From contig CM076000.1 in NCBI GenBank assembly GCA_038087875.1, positions 2,170,001-2,234,000 on the forward strand: a stretch of DNA of 64,000 bases. The letters run 5' to 3'. Positions 61,175 to 64,000 of this stretch are shown piece after piece (the first letter of the stretch is position 1; every line of letters starts with the position of its first letter). The translations under genes were made by a program, and so were the position numbers. Origin of the DNA: Malacoraja senta (taxonomy: Eukaryota). The notes below the pieces were generated by a model. It made no database searches. It saw only the letters and a program-made list of their open reading frames with translations, and had not been told where the DNA came from.

Positions 61175-62280
61175 TTCACAGTAATATGAAATTCAGGAGC
61201 ATTATCCAGAAAATCATAGTATCCACAAAATCAAAAGGGATGTAATGCTGAGACTTTATAAGGTCAGACCACATTTGGAGTAATGTAAGCAGTTTTAGAC
61301 AATAGACAATAGACAATAGGTGCAGGAGTAGGCCATTCGGCCCTTCGAGCCAGCACCGCCATTCAATGTGATCATGGCTGATCATCCCCAATCAGTACCC
61401 CGTTCCTGCCTTCTCCCCATATCCCCTGACTCCACTATCTTTAAGAGCCCTATCTAGTTCTCTCTTGAAAGTATCCAGAGAACCGGCCTCCACCGCCATC
61501 TGAGGCAGAGAATTCCGCAGACTCACAACTCTGTGTGAAAAAGTGTTTCCTCATCTCCGTTTTAAATGGCTTACCCCTTATTCTTAAGTCTTGGGGCCCA
61601 TATCTGAGGAAGGATGTGCTGGTGTTGGAGAGGGTCCAGAGGAGGTTTACGAGAATGAACCCAGGGATGATTGGGTTAACATTTGATGAGTTGTATTTGT
61701 ACTTGCCTGTACTCTGGAGTTTAGGCCTGGGCCTGTACCCGCTGGAGTTTAGAAGGATGAGGGGGCACTTCACTGAAACTTACTGGATAGTTCGTTTGCT
61801 CATGTGTCAGACAATGTAGCTCGCTGTTGGCTTCTGCCATCGTCCAACATGTTGACAGAATTGTCGCCCGACGCGTCACAGAGTGCATCGCGTCATCGCT
61901 TCCAGGGATCGCCACGAGGAGGCTTACTGAATAGTGAAAGGTCTAGATAGAGTAAATGTGGAGAGGATATTTCCACAAGAGGGAGAGTCCAGGACCAGAT
62001 GCCATAGCCTCAGAATAAAAGGACATACCTTTAGAAAGAGATGAGGAGCGATTAATTGCCACAGATTGCCACTGTGTAATTAATTGCCACAGATTGCTTT
62101 GGAGGCCAAATCAAGATATTTTAAAGGTGGATATGGACAGATTCTGGATTAGTAAGGGAGTCAGGGATAATGGGGAGAAGGCTAGAGATTGAGAGGGAAA
62201 GATAGATGAGCCATAATTGGAAGGTAGAGTAGACTTGATGGGCCAAATGGCTCTATTTTGTTCCTAGAACATGAACTTAT
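61175..62280 (+). mobile_element. CR1 ORF2 3' fragment containing an antisense CR1 tail (about 61297-61587) and a 131-bp insert
   Basis: 'WGPYLRKDVLVLERVQRRFTRMNPGM...LEFRRMRG'. The inner copy ends in (ctattgt)n. Confidence 0.85.
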
Positions 62281-62628
62281 GTCTCTTGAGTATTGCAGAT
62301 ATGATATAAGTAAGTTGCCTCTTGTGCGTAGGGAGTGGCTGAGAGAGTGGGATAAATGTAGAACTAGTGGGAACGGGTGATCGATGGTCGTTGTGGACTC
62401 AGTGGGCAGAAGGGCCTGTTTCCGTGCTGTATCTCCAAACTAAAAACTAAAACATGCAGGTGGATGCATTTTTTTTGGTCTTGGCATCATGTTTGGCGCA
62501 GCCACTGAGGTCCGAGGAACCTGTCCCTCTGCTGTACTGCTCTATGTTCTTCCAGTCCAGAACTGGAACCCTGAACTGGCACTGCCCATTCCAACTGCTC
62601 CGTTATCTTAGCTTAGGTTGGCATGAAC

Positions 62629-63050
62629 TGGCACAGCAGTAGAGTTGCTACCTTACAGCGCCAGGGACCCGGGTTTGAACATAACTGTGGGTGTTCTCAG
62701 CACAGAGTTTGTACGTTCTCCCTGTGACTGCGTGGGATTTCTCCGGGTGCTCCGGTTTCCACCAACATTCTATAACTGTTCTATATTACTCTATATTACT
62801 GATTTGGATGATCAGCCATGATCATATTGAATGGCGGTGCAGGCTCGAAGGGCCGAATGGCCTACTCCTGCACCTATTTTCTATGTTTCTATGTTTCTAT
62901 GTTGCTAAAGACGTGCAGGTTTGTAGGTTAATTGGCTTCTGTAAATTGTCCCTAGTGTATAGAATAGAGCTACTATACGGGTGATCACTGATCGGTCCAG
63001 ACTCAATGGGCCGAAAGGACTGTTTCCACATTGTATCTCAAAACTAAACT
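62629..63050 (+). mobile_element. V-SINE interrupted by a CR1 tail (about 62795-62901)
   Basis: SINE resumes at aaagacgtgcaggtttgtagg after the (tttctatg)n tail. Confidence 0.8.
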
Positions 63051-63334
63051 TATCATTCTCACTGGCCAGTCTGACCAAATTAGGCGGACAGAGTGGATCG
63101 AGACAAACAAAGAGTTTAGTCTCATGGCTGGTATTTGTAGCTCTAAATCACATTGGAGTTCAGTCCTTAAATAGCAATAGTGAAGGGTAAACAGGAGGGT
63201 ATTTGTTTTCATTCTTTATGACGTGAATGTAACTTTTATTTATTATTTGATGACATTTGTTATTTGAAAAACATTGCTTCAAGAATCCAATTACAAGATG
63301 TAAGCGTAGCCCCGTGAGAGATGGATTATCGCTT

Positions 63335-63715
63335 AGAATCATAGTCATAGAGTCATACAATGTGGAATCAGGCCCTTTGGCCCAACTTGCCCACACCAAC
63401 CAACATGTCCCATCTGAACTAGTCCCACTTGCCTGTGTTTGGCCCATATCCCTCTAAACCTGTCCTATCCATGTACCTGTCTAATTGCTTCTTAAATGTT
63501 GCGATTGTCCCTGCCTCAGCTACCTCCTCCGGCAGCTCGTTCCTTACACCCACCACCCTTTGTGTGAAAAGGTTGCCCCTCAGGCGCTTATGAAACTCTT
63601 CCACCTTAAACCTATGCCCTCTGGTTCTCGAATCCCCCACTCTGGTCATCCCGATTCTGTTCCTCTCATGATTCCTCTTTGTTTCCTCCAGAAATTATAC
63701 ACCTCTATAAGATCA
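63335..63715 (-). mobile_element. CR1 3' fragment
   Basis: 'DSRTRGHRFKV...LFTQRVVGVRNELPEEV...FKKQLDRYM'. Confidence 0.85.
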
Positions 63716-64000
63716 AATATGGAAATCTCACAATTCTCTTGCATTAAACAAACCGGTGGAGGGATGCAACAGGTCAAGCTGCATCTATGGAGGCAAATGG
63801 ATGGTCAATGTTTCAAGCCAAGACCTTGAAGCAGACTGAGTGTGCAGAGGAAAGATAGACTGTATATCTATCTGTGGAGGGGAAAGATTTAGTAGGAACT
63901 TGAGGGATGACTTTTTAACACAGAGGATGTTGGGTATATGGAACGAGCTGTCAGAGGAGATAGTTGAGGCTGGTACTATAACAGCATTTAAAGGACAGGT

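Overview
Repeat-dense vertebrate genomic DNA, intronic or intergenic. The repeat families (tRNA-headed V-SINEs with CR1 tails, CR1, Rex1/Babar, Penelope-like) suggest a cartilaginous fish such as a skate or ray; that is inference. I could not support any host protein-coding exon. Every recognisable protein fragment is transposon-derived. Main elements: (1) a 4.7 kb DIRS1-type tyrosine-recombinase retrotransposon (54724-59444) with nearly perfect ITRs, internal complementary region and ATT crossover, but shredded RT/RNaseH/MT/YR frames; (2) a Helitron-like composite (about 20443-25083) with two promoter-like modules, two minisatellites and a 5'-truncated L1 with TSD; (3) many Penelope-like termini carrying a minimal hammerhead-ribozyme-like core, often as head-to-head hairpins; (4) four PIF/Harbinger-type MITEs of three internal types and two hAT-type elements with unrelated internal hairpins; (5) a multi-layer nested insertion at 40215-42650; (6) about 20 V-SINEs and many CR1 and Rex1 3' fragments. 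A 200-N gap lies at 47482-47681. Boundaries of degenerate repeats are approximate; TIR, TSD and ICR coordinates were read base by base.
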